In this document: positions 1-9,515 of the stretch, in pieces | Layout: every line of letters begins with the position of its first letter | How positions within the stretch are numbered: the first letter of the stretch is position 1 | Source of the DNA: Candidatus Woesebacteria bacterium UBA5941 | GTDB lineage: Bacteria; Patescibacteriota; Microgenomatia; UBA8517 | Assembly (NCBI GenBank): GCA_002430735.1 | Contig: DJCV01000008.1 | Span: forward strand, 3,111-67,110 | DNA: 64,000 bases | Reading direction: 5' to 3' | Notes under the pieces: generated by a model | What the model was told of the DNA's origin: nothing | Seen by the model: the letters and a program-made list of their open reading frames with translations, nothing else | Databases searched by the model: none | Program-made: the position numbers and the translations under genes

Positions 1-134
1 CCGAAGGGTAAATTCTTCAATGAGTCAAACGGAGCAACAACAAGACGTACTCGATTCTCTTTATTTTGTAATAACTTTTCTACTAAGTGACTTCCTATAA
101 ATCCAGCGGCACCGGTGACGAGTATTGTTTTCAT
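1..134 (-). CDS. NAD-dependent epimerase/dehydratase (extended SDR); 5' end only, gene continues past the window start
   Basis: The reverse complement of 1-134 translates to MKTILVTGAAGFIGSHLVEKLL..., which carries a Rossmann GxxGxxG motif. The ATG at 132-134 overlaps the TGA of the upstream GT4 gene (ATGA junction). Confidence 0.55.
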   Translation of the reverse strand, partial: MKTILVTGAAGFIGSHLVEKLLQNKENRVRLVVAPFDSLKNLPF

Positions 135-1258
135 TGTGGCGAATAGGAGTCAATGATAACACTAACATTACGCGGGCTAAAGTGGTTCTCTGCATAGATT
201 GTTGCCGCATCAGACATCTTGCGCAATGTTTTAGCGTCAAGAGTATTTACTGCTTGGGCGATATTTTCAGCAGAAACATCAATTAACATACCGACGTCTC
301 GGGTTACAATGTCCGGGATAGCTCCCCGTTTCGAGCCAATAACCGGAATTCCACACGCGAGTGCTTCGATAATTACTCGACCAAACCCTTCATCATGTGT
401 AGAAGGAACAATTAACAGATCAGCACCATTTAAAATGGCAGGTAGTTTCTCATTTGGGACAAGACCTACGTACTGAATTCGCTTCTCCACTTTAGCTGCT
501 TTCTTGACAACATCTTCGAGGGGTCCAGTACCTACAACCGCAATTTTGTGCGAATTCTTTAAGAGCTTAGCCGCTGCAAGTAATTCATGAATCCCTTTTT
601 CTGGAACCAAACGTCCAACAAATAAAGCAATATGTTTATCCACCCACTTGTACGTTTTGCGTGTAGATGCACGGATCTGTTTGTTACGTTTAAAAATCTC
701 TAGATTAATCCAATACGTAAATTGGTGTATGCAGTTATTTGGGATACCGAGACTCACAATTTCCTGTACTGATTGTTTTGAAAGACACAAAGCAGCATTC
801 GCGTTTTTAAAAATAAATTGTGCGAGACTTCTGTAGAGACCCGTTTTAGGAAACTTATACAGTGAATGTGTAGAAACAACACTACGAACTCCTAATAATC
901 GTCCCCAAAAAACAGCACAGAGCCCTGAAACAATTCCGTGGGCATGTATCACATCCGGTCTAAAATACAGTATCGTAAACGGCAGGAAAAAGAATAAACC
1001 AGGAACAAGATACAGAAACGACAATATGGAACTTTGCTCGAATCGGTAATAGAGTCCGCGCAACCATGGAATGCGAAAAATAGTGATATCTTTGGAACGA
1101 CTAATAACTTGCCATTTAGCAGTAGATACGAGCGGTCTGTAAGTTAGAACGAATACTGAGTGATTTTTTTTACTTAACTCACTCACCAGATCAGTTAAAT
1201 GTGTCTCAACACCACCAACATTTGGTGCAAAGTGTGCAGATACTTGGAGGATCTTCAT
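131..1258 (-). CDS. GT4 family glycosyltransferase (group 1)
   Basis: 375 aa. The C-terminal EGFGRVIIEALACGIPVIGSKRGAIPDIV stretch matches the GT4 E-x7-E region. The N-terminus has the GT4 donor-fold start VSAHFAPNVGGVETH. Confidence 0.85.
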   Translation of the reverse strand: MKILQVSAHFAPNVGGVETHLTDLVSELSKKNHSVFVLTYRPLVSTAKWQVISRSKDITIFRIPWLRGLYYRFEQSSILSFLYLVPGLFFFLPFTILYFRPDVIHAHGIVSGLCAVFWGRLLGVRSVVSTHSLYKFPKTGLYRSLAQFIFKNANAALCLSKQSVQEIVSLGIPNNCIHQFTYWINLEIFKRNKQIRASTRKTYKWVDKHIALFVGRLVPEKGIHELLAAAKLLKNSHKIAVVGTGPLEDVVKKAAKVEKRIQYVGLVPNEKLPAILNGADLLIVPSTHDEGFGRVIIEALACGIPVIGSKRGAIPDIVTRDVGMLIDVSAENIAQAVNTLDAKTLRKMSDAATIYAENHFSPRNVSVIIDSYSPQ

Positions 1259-2085
1259 AAATTTTGAAACTTCCCGACTATAAACCCAAAACCACCGCCC
1301 ACTAGTTCAAACGTGAACATTATAAACATACAGAGAGATAGTACTGGTTTCGCAATTATCATCCTCCAATTTTTGTAAAATACTGGTCTTAGAAAATAAA
1401 TAGTTTTGGGAGATATTGCAGAAATGTTGTGTTTTTTTAAATATCGGTGGGAAGTGAGAGCGTAATAATACTTCTTTTTCGCGAGTGCAAATGGGGAGGG
1501 AACGCGTTCAAAGTGCTTGATACTCGACTTGATTCGCGCTTTTTTGAACCCGCTCTTTTTAATACGTTCGGGTAAATCCCAATCCTCAGGGCCAGTAATA
1601 GTTTCATCATAACCACCTACTGCGTCAAAGGATGCCTTGCTAAAAAATCGCTCCGCATCTGTGGTTGAATCGCCTTCCAGATTATAAAAGGATCGCTCAT
1701 GTGCTTTTACGCGCTCCCAGAAGGTGGTTGCGATCGAAATCTCAGGTATGGATACAGCACCAATTGTAGGTTTAGACTTAAACACTTTCACACATTCAGC
1801 AATGACATTGTTTTCAAGCTGCATATCGGCATCGAGAAATAAAACATATTCGCCGTTAGCTTTTTTGGCGCCGAAATTTCTTTGAACACTACGCTCAGGC
1901 CCTCTTTGATATACTGCCTTTGTATACTTTTTAGCGATACGTGCTGTATTATCCTGAGAATGATTATCGACAACTATAATTTCAATCCTCTTATATGTTT
2001 GTGCTGTAATGCTTTCGAGCAACCGTTCAATGACCTTCCCTTCATTTTTAGTTGTAATGATTACTGAAACTAGTCCTTTACTCAT
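1255..2085 (-). CDS. GT2 family glycosyltransferase
   Basis: The VSVIITTKNEG...IIVVDNHSQDNT...FLDADMQL stretch shows a GT-A fold with a DxD motif. I chose the start at the internal ATG (MSKGL), 3 nt from the divergent gene. The stop overlaps the downstream start as ATGA. Confidence 0.8.
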   Translation of the reverse strand: MSKGLVSVIITTKNEGKVIERLLESITAQTYKRIEIIVVDNHSQDNTARIAKKYTKAVYQRGPERSVQRNFGAKKANGEYVLFLDADMQLENNVIAECVKVFKSKPTIGAVSIPEISIATTFWERVKAHERSFYNLEGDSTTDAERFFSKASFDAVGGYDETITGPEDWDLPERIKKSGFKKARIKSSIKHFERVPSPFALAKKKYYYALTSHRYLKKHNISAISPKTIYFLRPVFYKNWRMIIAKPVLSLCMFIMFTFELVGGGFGFIVGKFQNL

Positions 2086-2088
2086 TCC

Positions 2089-3876
2089 ATGATTATAGCT
2101 CAAAAAAAACATATTTCACTTTTCAAAGTGTTCCTCTACTCACTATCGCTTGTAACAATAATAAGTTTCCTCGTATTAAAACCGAGCTTTCACTTGTCGT
2201 TAACCGGTGATGATTATTTGGGGCTGTGGAGATATAACGGACACTTATCGGGAAGAGAGGGAGGCAATTGGAATGCCTTCTCATATTTCCTTAGTGACTA
2301 TGGTCCACAAGACACCTTTACGTTTTTGATTCACTCATTCTTTGGATTTAATCCACTTCCGTATTTCATCGCTTCTTTCTTATTGAGACTTATTGCCGCC
2401 TTATCTTTTATACCGCTTGTACTCCTGCTTTCTGGCAACCCGTATGTAGCAAGCTTCACTGCCGTTTTGTTTAGTGTATCCACAACAGGACTGGAAACAA
2501 CAGATTGGTCATTTAATATGCCGTCGTATTTAGCGATTTGCTTTATGAATATGTTTTTATACTTTTATACGCAGCAAAAACAGCGATTCGCATCCGTGTT
2601 TACTTCGGCAGTCCTCTTCCTACTCGCGATCATTTCACAGCCGATACGACTAATGTTTCTCCCGCTCGTTGTTCTATTAGTCGAAGTCCATCGGGTACGA
2701 GCAACACGTTCACCGGAGCAATTGAAATCTTCACTACAAAAAGTAGTTGTATATGTGGTGATTACTATCTTATTACTTGCAACTACCCACATTGGAAGGT
2801 CTGCAGGCGGGCTCGCTGATCCTTCAACAGATAAATCTGTAATAACAAAGCTTGCCGACGCGTATGTAACACCTTTAGCTACAGCACTGTCGAATGGAAA
2901 CTACATTGTGATATTAAACCCGATAGGGCAGTTGGGGAATGTTTTAGTACCTTTTACCTTAACACCTCAATCGCTAGAGATTATTTCGAATAAGGCGGCA
3001 ATTGGACTAAGCGCTCTTTCATATACCATCTTCATGGTATGTATTTTGTTATTAGTAAAAAGACACAGGTTCATTTTTAGTTTAAGTGGTTTCTGTTGGA
3101 CTGTTTTTTCATTTGTCTCTCTAAAACTGGTTCCAGAGTATCCGCTTAATACATCGAGTTTCTTGCCGTACTTATATGGAGGGTATGCAGTGATATTCTT
3201 TTTTGCGTTATATATTCGGTCAAACAAACAAAAAGAGTCTATTCGGCTGATGCTTCTTCTATCTGGAGCACTCATTTTTGGAAGCTATCTCATTCCTTGG
3301 CTCCGCACGCCTACACAAATATATATTACAACTGGACGATACTTAATTGTGGCAGGAGCAGGAGCTGCACTTTTTTACACTTCAGTCCTTATACATTTAG
3401 CTGGGAATAAGATAATGGCATTCGGATTTATGTCGCTTATCGTGCTGATGAACGTTGTCGGATCAACACACTACCTTTCTTACTTACATGCAGTGAGAAA
3501 TCGCGAAATGACAGAGAGAATTAGGTCCTCTGTTCCATACATTCCAACAATGGGACGTAGTGATATACCAACTGTGGTTTATTTCGAATCTGACAATGAT
3601 CAGATTCTCCAGCATACGCTCATGTTTGGATTCCCAGTGATTATGAGTTTCAGATTCAATTTTACCGATATCTGGAATACTGCGTATACGACAAGTTGGG
3701 GTGAAGTTCAAGCAAGCGTCAAAGATGGCAGTGGACTTGCTCGCTTCGGCACGATTAAAACTTTGCCAGTCCCACTTAGTCATGTTTACTCATTTAAGCT
3801 AGAGCGGGGTAATTTATATGACACTACTGAAGAGACACGGTATAAATTAGAACAGGAGTTGCTTCAAACTAATTGA
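2089..3876 (+). CDS. large polytopic membrane protein with a C-terminal soluble domain, function unknown (possibly GT-C-like or polymerase-like)
   Basis: 595 aa with about 12-14 hydrophobic helices in the first 450 aa and then a hydrophilic tail. I recognised no catalytic motif. Its start is divergent from the GT2 gene with almost no spacer. Confidence 0.55.
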   Translation: MIIAQKKHISLFKVFLYSLSLVTIISFLVLKPSFHLSLTGDDYLGLWRYNGHLSGREGGNWNAFSYFLSDYGPQDTFTFLIHSFFGFNPLPYFIASFLLRLIAALSFIPLVLLLSGNPYVASFTAVLFSVSTTGLETTDWSFNMPSYLAICFMNMFLYFYTQQKQRFASVFTSAVLFLLAIISQPIRLMFLPLVVLLVEVHRVRATRSPEQLKSSLQKVVVYVVITILLLATTHIGRSAGGLADPSTDKSVITKLADAYVTPLATALSNGNYIVILNPIGQLGNVLVPFTLTPQSLEIISNKAAIGLSALSYTIFMVCILLLVKRHRFIFSLSGFCWTVFSFVSLKLVPEYPLNTSSFLPYLYGGYAVIFFFALYIRSNKQKESIRLMLLLSGALIFGSYLIPWLRTPTQIYITTGRYLIVAGAGAALFYTSVLIHLAGNKIMAFGFMSLIVLMNVVGSTHYLSYLHAVRNREMTERIRSSVPYIPTMGRSDIPTVVYFESDNDQILQHTLMFGFPVIMSFRFNFTDIWNTAYTTSWGEVQASVKDGSGLARFGTIKTLPVPLSHVYSFKLERGNLYDTTEETRYKLEQELLQTN

Positions 3877-4646
3877 TCAAAACTAGTATTGGTATTTTGG
3901 GTCTTCAGCATTTTGATCAAATTACTTGCCTTTAGAAGTTGATCGGAGTCGTTTATGTTTATGTTGTGTCCTCTAATAGTATACCCATACGCTTTCTTCA
4001 GTCTTGCAAGTTCGTTAATGGTATATGTGATTTCGCGTTCATTGCGGATGGGATGAACAGGTGTTTGTCTAATATAGCGATAAATATCTGGATTAAAGAT
4101 ATATACACCGCAACCACGAGTCAGATATGGAGGATTTTCAGGTTTTTCAAGTATCTCTATAATACGCCCGTCACTTTGTAACTTCACAGAACATGTTTGA
4201 CTAAGTATGGCGCGATCACGCTCTTTGATAACCGCTTCCATCACAACAGGGTTCACCTTAGAAAATTCATTCACCATCCCCTCAAGTGAGTCGGTTACAG
4301 TGCAATCATCTCCATAAACAACCATAAACGGTTTATCTTTAGTAAATTCTTCTGCAAGTAGAATTGCTTCCCCTGTCCCTCCGATCTGTTCCTGTTCAAT
4401 GAAATGAATTCTCGCTCGCAAATCGATTTTAACGAGATCAAGATATCCTTTTACCTTTTCTTTAAATACGTTAACGATTATATAAATGTCTTCAATGCCT
4501 ACCGCCTGCATTTGGTCAATAACGTAGTGAATAATTGGACGATCGTATACAGGGAATAGCGTTTTTGGTAGTAATCCAGACATGTAGCCTAAACGTCGGC
4601 CTGCACCAGCCGCAGGTATTACTCCTATTTTAATTGGGTTAGCCAT
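3864..4646 (-). CDS. sugar-1-phosphate nucleotidyltransferase (NDP-sugar pyrophosphorylase)
   Basis: The motif GVIPAAGAGRRL...LPKTLFPV...YGDD is the nucleotidyltransferase signature G-x-G-x-R-L plus the catalytic loop. I chose the internal ATG (MANPIK), which overlaps the upstream epimerase stop by 8 nt (ATGGCTAA). Confidence 0.75.
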   Translation of the reverse strand: MANPIKIGVIPAAGAGRRLGYMSGLLPKTLFPVYDRPIIHYVIDQMQAVGIEDIYIIVNVFKEKVKGYLDLVKIDLRARIHFIEQEQIGGTGEAILLAEEFTKDKPFMVVYGDDCTVTDSLEGMVNEFSKVNPVVMEAVIKERDRAILSQTCSVKLQSDGRIIEILEKPENPPYLTRGCGVYIFNPDIYRYIRQTPVHPIRNEREITYTINELARLKKAYGYTIRGHNININDSDQLLKASNLIKMLKTQNTNTSFDQLV

Positions 4647-5676
4647 TCTTGATTTCAAAAAGTGAAGTGTTTTTTTGAACCCAGTCGACAAGTTCTTCAA
4701 TTCCCTGTCTCGGCATAACTTTAGCGCTCCAGCGCAAACGCTTCTTAGCTTTTGTAGTATCGCAGGCAAAATACACGAGGTCTCCCATGCGAGATGGTTG
4801 ATACTTAATTTCAGACTTTTTACCGAGAATATCTTCAATCATGTGAATACATTCGATCAGTGAAATTAATGTCTGCTTTCCCCCACCGATATTGTAAACG
4901 CCTGCCTTTTGGGTTTTATAAAATGCGTCAAAACTTCTGACCAAATCTGAAACATGCAAAATGTCTCGTGCTTGTTTGCCTGTACCAAAAATAGTCAGTG
5001 GATACCCCATTACGGATCTAATAGCAAAATTTGCGACCCATCCGTGATCTTCACCACCAAATTGTCGTGAGCCATACAATCCGGTTAACCTGAATGACGC
5101 AATTGGCAATTTGTAGGTATCAATGTATGTTTTGAAATATAAATCAGCTGCATGCTTAGATGCGTGGAGTGGAGTGAGCATTCCTTCAACAAGTGGGTGA
5201 TTTTCATCAATTTCAACCGGTCTTCTGATGTATCGGGTCTTTCCTTCTTTAACCTCATCTTTAATTTTATTTCCATAAATATGAATGGTCGCACATGAGA
5301 CTGTCGGGATCCTAAATTTGCGGGCACACTCTAATACATTAAACGTGCCTACAACATTGGTTGTGAAGTCGAGTTCAGGATCCTCCCATGAGATGGTCAT
5401 GGCAGGTTGTGCCGCCGTGTGAATTAAGAAATCAGATTTTTTAGCATACGACTCCAATGTTTTTGCATCCCGTATATCTTCTTTTATAATTTCAACGCCA
5501 ATACTCTTTAAATAATCTAAATTATGAAATCGTGCTTTTTCTGTAGAATATCCAGTTCTTCGAAGCTCAAACTTAGTCAAATTGTCATAAGCGTATACTT
5601 TTGCGCCATTTTTTTTGTAATGTTCGCACACATGTGAACCAGCAAAGCCACACCCTCCAGTTACAAGAACTTTCAT
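4639..5676 (-). CDS. NAD-dependent NDP-sugar epimerase, CDP-paratose/tyvelose 2-epimerase (RfbE)-like
   Basis: 345 aa. VTGGCGFAGSH, YAYDNL, HTAAQPAMT, DHGWVANF, FGTGKQARDILHV and NIGGG align block by block with CDP-tyvelose 2-epimerase family proteins. Confidence 0.8.
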   Translation of the reverse strand: MKVLVTGGCGFAGSHVCEHYKKNGAKVYAYDNLTKFELRRTGYSTEKARFHNLDYLKSIGVEIIKEDIRDAKTLESYAKKSDFLIHTAAQPAMTISWEDPELDFTTNVVGTFNVLECARKFRIPTVSCATIHIYGNKIKDEVKEGKTRYIRRPVEIDENHPLVEGMLTPLHASKHAADLYFKTYIDTYKLPIASFRLTGLYGSRQFGGEDHGWVANFAIRSVMGYPLTIFGTGKQARDILHVSDLVRSFDAFYKTQKAGVYNIGGGKQTLISLIECIHMIEDILGKKSEIKYQPSRMGDLVYFACDTTKAKKRLRWSAKVMPRQGIEELVDWVQKNTSLFEIKNG

Positions 5677-5738
5677 ATACTTGTTATACTCATCTAATTG
5701 TACTTTTTCAATAACGTAAATTGAGATACAATTCTGAT

Positions 5739-6530
5739 ATGAAAAAATTCAAAGGTTTAATTCAAGAAACTCCGACCCATACAATTTCTGAATTCGCGAA
5801 AAAGAGAACAAAATACTGTCTTATTATTCCCGTTATCAATGAAGGTGAGAAATTTAAAAAGCAAGTAAAACGATTAAAGCCGTTTTCAAAGATTATAGAT
5901 ATTATAATTGCAGACGGTGGCAGTACAGATGGGTCTACTTCCAAAGTTTTCTTAAGATCACAAAAAGTGCGAGTGCTACTTATAAAAACAGGTGAAGGTA
6001 AATTAGGCGCACAGTTGAGAATGGCGTTCTTATACGCATTATCTCAAGGGTATGAAGGTATTATCACAATGGATGGAAATGGCAAAGATGGTCCATCTGC
6101 AATACCTCGGTTTATTAAGGCTTTGGAAGCGGGGTTTGATTATGTTCAGGCTTCTCGATTTATAAAAGGCGGAAAAGGAATTAACACACCGCTACTAAGA
6201 TATTTTGGCATTCGATTTATACTTTCTCCAATATTAAGTTTCGCATCACGCTACTGGTATACGGATGTTTCGAATGCGTTTCGTGCATATAGTAAACGGC
6301 TGTTACTCAATAAGGACTTACAACTGTATCGCAGTATTTTTTCTCGTTACGAAATTTTATTTTATATAACTGCCAGAACAAAACAGCTTGGTATGAAAAC
6401 AAAAGAAATTCCTGCTATCAGAAAGTACCCTTCATCAGGAAAAACACCGACTAAAATTGTGGGAGTTAGGAGCTATATTGAATTAATAGTTAACTGCGTT
6501 CGAATTTCGCAAGGGAAATATAACCCTTAA
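5739..6530 (+). CDS. GT2 glycosyltransferase, DPM1-like polyprenol-phosphate sugar synthase family
   Basis: LIIPVINEGE...IIADGGSTDGS...MDGNGKDGP is a GT-A fold with a D-x-D-like motif. The first codon in the ORF track is TTG, so I used the first ATG (MKKFKGL). Confidence 0.7.
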   Translation: MKKFKGLIQETPTHTISEFAKKRTKYCLIIPVINEGEKFKKQVKRLKPFSKIIDIIIADGGSTDGSTSKVFLRSQKVRVLLIKTGEGKLGAQLRMAFLYALSQGYEGIITMDGNGKDGPSAIPRFIKALEAGFDYVQASRFIKGGKGINTPLLRYFGIRFILSPILSFASRYWYTDVSNAFRAYSKRLLLNKDLQLYRSIFSRYEILFYITARTKQLGMKTKEIPAIRKYPSSGKTPTKIVGVRSYIELIVNCVRISQGKYNP

Positions 6531-7567
6531 TGCGATTCAATATGCATCAGTCCTCTGTTTAAATTATCTTGTTCAATTCCATTCACAGTAGGCATCACAA
6601 CAGTTGTGAATCCTTCTTGCCTAATGCGGCAATACAAATCTTCAAAATCGTTGATTTTCATTGATTGTGCACTGTCAGTATCCGTTGCAATCATCGGTCT
6701 CAAAGAGACCCAAGTATTTTCCGTTGAAAAATGTGCCTTTAATACTGCGGGGTCTATTATTGACCCTGCATGGACGACAAATGCGAGCGTTGATGCATAT
6801 CCGCTCATTGAATAGATGTTTGAAAATGTTGCGGCGATTTCTTCAAAACTATAAAGAGGATGTGTCGTGGGCGAGTAGTGCCAGACATGTTCCATTCTTT
6901 GTTCTTGTTCGGTGCTATGAAGTGATACCTGAAATCGAGCCTTATGGTTCATGTGATGATCTCGCATTACGCGGGTAGCTTCCTCAAACTGCTCAAGGGG
7001 TGCGTTTCCTGTCTTCGCCGCTATCGTTGACCACCGAGAAGCTTCTATTCGATCATGCGCGGCAATAGTCAATATGAGCTGCAGCGTATCTCTGTTATAT
7101 GAAGGGTCACCAGATAAGAGCGGGTTCACTCGGAATGATTCTCCAGGGTTTAGAAGTCCTCTCATTTCGGCAATTTGAACAGCCTTAGAAATGAGCATGT
7201 TCATTGTTGACGGTTCAACACGTGAGGCAATTCGATTCTCTCGACCAAAACCTTCTAACGCAGTCACTTCTCTATGGTTTGCAAATACACATCCTCGACA
7301 ATCTGCGGCACAGTGGCCATTTGCCTGTAGCGGCAATAAGAGGGTGTGGTTTTTAAAAGTTGGCTGATCTTCAACAGAAAGAAGTTGTTTTAAGGTGTCT
7401 ATATCAGGGTTTATTACATTTGGTCCGTAGGAAGCGGTCCATACTAGTGGATAGGTTTGTCCTTCACAAGAAACTAATGCCTCAATACTCTGGTCTGGAT
7501 ACTGTTCAATTTTAAGTACGGAAGACCCTTCTAGCAAATCATTTTCAATGGATCTCTCTGGCGACAT
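6527..7567 (-). CDS. radical SAM domain protein, function unknown
   Basis: CAADCRGC at about residue 84 fits the CxxxCxxC radical SAM cluster motif. LSGDPSYN further downstream resembles the GGEP SAM-binding motif. There is no C-terminal Cys cluster, so it is not a SPASM/twitch type. GC is slightly higher than in the flanking genes. Confidence 0.55.
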   Translation of the reverse strand: MSPERSIENDLLEGSSVLKIEQYPDQSIEALVSCEGQTYPLVWTASYGPNVINPDIDTLKQLLSVEDQPTFKNHTLLLPLQANGHCAADCRGCVFANHREVTALEGFGRENRIASRVEPSTMNMLISKAVQIAEMRGLLNPGESFRVNPLLSGDPSYNRDTLQLILTIAAHDRIEASRWSTIAAKTGNAPLEQFEEATRVMRDHHMNHKARFQVSLHSTEQEQRMEHVWHYSPTTHPLYSFEEIAATFSNIYSMSGYASTLAFVVHAGSIIDPAVLKAHFSTENTWVSLRPMIATDTDSAQSMKINDFEDLYCRIRQEGFTTVVMPTVNGIEQDNLNRGLMHIESH

Positions 7568-7573
7568 TGAAAA

Positions 7574-8692
7574 TTATAACACCTCGATAAGCTTGAGACT
7601 TTTGGTGGAGCTTTCTTTCCAAGTAAAAGTGTGTGCCCACTGTTTGGCATTAGATGAAAGTTTTTTGTATCGCTTTTTGTCATTACATAGCGAAATGACT
7701 TCATGAGCAAGCAGCTCTGGAGAGGATTTCACCAAAACACCGGTTACCCCATCAAGCACAGAATCCCGGGTACCGGCAACGTCATAACCCACAACAGGTG
7801 TTCCGCACGCATTTGATTCAATATTAACGAGTCCCCAACCTTCACGGACAGACGGGTTCACCAACACATGAGATTTGGCAAGTAAGCGGAATTTTTTAAC
7901 ATTGCTTACAAACCCCCAATATACGGTATTCTTTTCAATGCCGAGTCGTATAACCTCTTTTTTAAGGAAATCCTTCATTTCTTTATCTGTCTTCCCAACA
8001 ATCCAAAACTTCCAAGTGGGTTCCTGTTTGTGGATTAAAGAAAATGCCTGCAATGCATCAGAAATTCCTTTATCTTTACTCACCGCACCGAGAAAGGTGA
8101 TAGTTGGTACACTGGTTTTTGCTCCGGGTGTTTTTGGAACATCTGAGAAATTAGTGCCATTGTGAATCACGGTAATTGCGTTCTGTGGGATACCCCATTC
8201 CATCAGATCTTTTTTTGTTGATTCTGACACTGTTAAAAATGGAATGCGTCGATATACGAAACGGATAATACTTGATTCAAAAAGCGACCCAAATATGCCA
8301 GGAATTAAATTAAATGGTTTCGGCCACGGGTTCATCCACCAGACTTCTTTAGCTACCTCATGAATGTACGCAAGCTTTTTTGTTCGTACGTATAACGGAG
8401 TAAAAAATGGTAAACCGTGAATTTGATCGATGACGAGATCAAACGATGGATGTTGTTTGAATAAATACCAAATAGCGGCAGAAAGTTGCACCCCGAATGC
8501 AGCTGATCCTTTTCTTATAATATGAATGTCATCGAGCGTTTCAGTCGCATTTGCCCCTGGATACATTGACGTAAACCACCACACAGAATGACCTGCCTTC
8601 TGCCAAGCCTTTATATGTTCAATGGTAACTTGCTCTGCTCCACCATTGTTGGGGTGCCCAGGCCCTCTCCAACTCAACATCAATATATTCAT
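7574..8692 (-). CDS. GT4 family glycosyltransferase
   Basis: The C-terminal REGWGLVNIESNACGTPVVGYDVAGTRDSV stretch is the GT4 signature. Confidence 0.85.
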   Translation of the reverse strand: MNILMLSWRGPGHPNNGGAEQVTIEHIKAWQKAGHSVWWFTSMYPGANATETLDDIHIIRKGSAAFGVQLSAAIWYLFKQHPSFDLVIDQIHGLPFFTPLYVRTKKLAYIHEVAKEVWWMNPWPKPFNLIPGIFGSLFESSIIRFVYRRIPFLTVSESTKKDLMEWGIPQNAITVIHNGTNFSDVPKTPGAKTSVPTITFLGAVSKDKGISDALQAFSLIHKQEPTWKFWIVGKTDKEMKDFLKKEVIRLGIEKNTVYWGFVSNVKKFRLLAKSHVLVNPSVREGWGLVNIESNACGTPVVGYDVAGTRDSVLDGVTGVLVKSSPELLAHEVISLCNDKKRYKKLSSNAKQWAHTFTWKESSTKSLKLIEVL

Positions 8693-8693
8693 A

Positions 8694-9515
8694 TTACTTT
8701 TTGACTAACGCGAGGTATTTCGGATTCACCCACATCTTTCGATTCTTATAATCATAGAAATGAAGAATACGAAGCCGATAAAATACCGCTGCAGTATCCC
8801 AGACCATACCGAAGACAATATTAAAGAACTTTTTAGAAATAATTGTAGACGGGCCAGAGAATTTCATTTTTAGTCGTACTGGAGCTTCGTAAATACGTGA
8901 ATACCCGAGATAATTAGCAACAGCGAGCATTTCTATATCAAATGCAAACTTTTTAACAAGCAAGCGAGGGAGAGTACGTTCAATCACTTCCCGCTTAAAA
9001 AATTTCATACCCACTTGGGTGTCTTTGACCTTCAAGCCAAAAAGTACCCGTACAAGTAACTGGTATCCAAATGAGAGGATCGTTCTCTGCCATGGATAAA
9101 CAACTTGAGATGCAGGATGTCGTTTACTGCCGATAATTACATCTGCGTTATACCATTGAAAATGTTCGAGAAGCATTGCCATACCGTTTGGATCAAGTTC
9201 TACTCCGGCATCGACAAACCCAACAATATCACCTTTCGCGCGCGACATTCCATATCTGACAGCATATCCTTTACCTAAATTGTTTTTATAGCCGAGTACA
9301 CGGAGGTTGTCATATTTTTTGCAGAGCTTTACTGCGTTTTCATATGTTCTATCGATCTGTCCATCTACGACGCAAATAAGCTCGAACTGGAATCTGCCTG
9401 CCTGAAGTACTTTGTATAAACTTTCAATATTCTTCTGTATAAATTGCTCCGCTTTATACGCGGGTATTACCACGGAAAGCTTTTGAGAAGTGATGCTTGA
9501 TTGCTCTGTTTTCAT
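8694..9515 (-). CDS. GT2 polyprenol-phosphate glycosyltransferase (DPM1/Alg5/GtrB-like)
   Basis: LSVVIPAYKAEQFI...CVVDGQIDRT...FVDAG matches the short GT2 family that makes polyprenyl-P-sugars. The ATG start overlaps the upstream flippase by 62 nt. An alternative GTG start is at 9473. Confidence 0.75.
   Translation of the reverse strand: MKTEQSSITSQKLSVVIPAYKAEQFIQKNIESLYKVLQAGRFQFELICVVDGQIDRTYENAVKLCKKYDNLRVLGYKNNLGKGYAVRYGMSRAKGDIVGFVDAGVELDPNGMAMLLEHFQWYNADVIIGSKRHPASQVVYPWQRTILSFGYQLLVRVLFGLKVKDTQVGMKFFKREVIERTLPRLLVKKFAFDIEMLAVANYLGYSRIYEAPVRLKMKFSGPSTIISKKFFNIVFGMVWDTAAVFYRLRILHFYDYKNRKMWVNPKYLALVKK

Noticed and set aside
3864-4838. Long N-terminal extensions in ORF-track calls (3864-4838, 17475-19214, 24094-25386, 28798-29886, 30699-31664, 41894-43465, 54640-56217, 9454-10779, 10728-12014, 5721-6530, 51330-52061)
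   Set aside because: Several extended starts are TTG or GTG codons rendered as M, and they overlap the upstream genes by 50-190 nt. Internal ATG starts give conserved family N-termini and ATGA or 1-3 nt junctions, so I used the shorter models. The remaining ambiguity is flagged in the individual features.
6527-7567. Horizontal acquisition of the radical SAM gene, judged from GC content
   Set aside because: The GC elevation is modest (about 47 versus 40-43 percent) and overlaps the local variation seen elsewhere in the window. It is not reliable without a codon-usage test.
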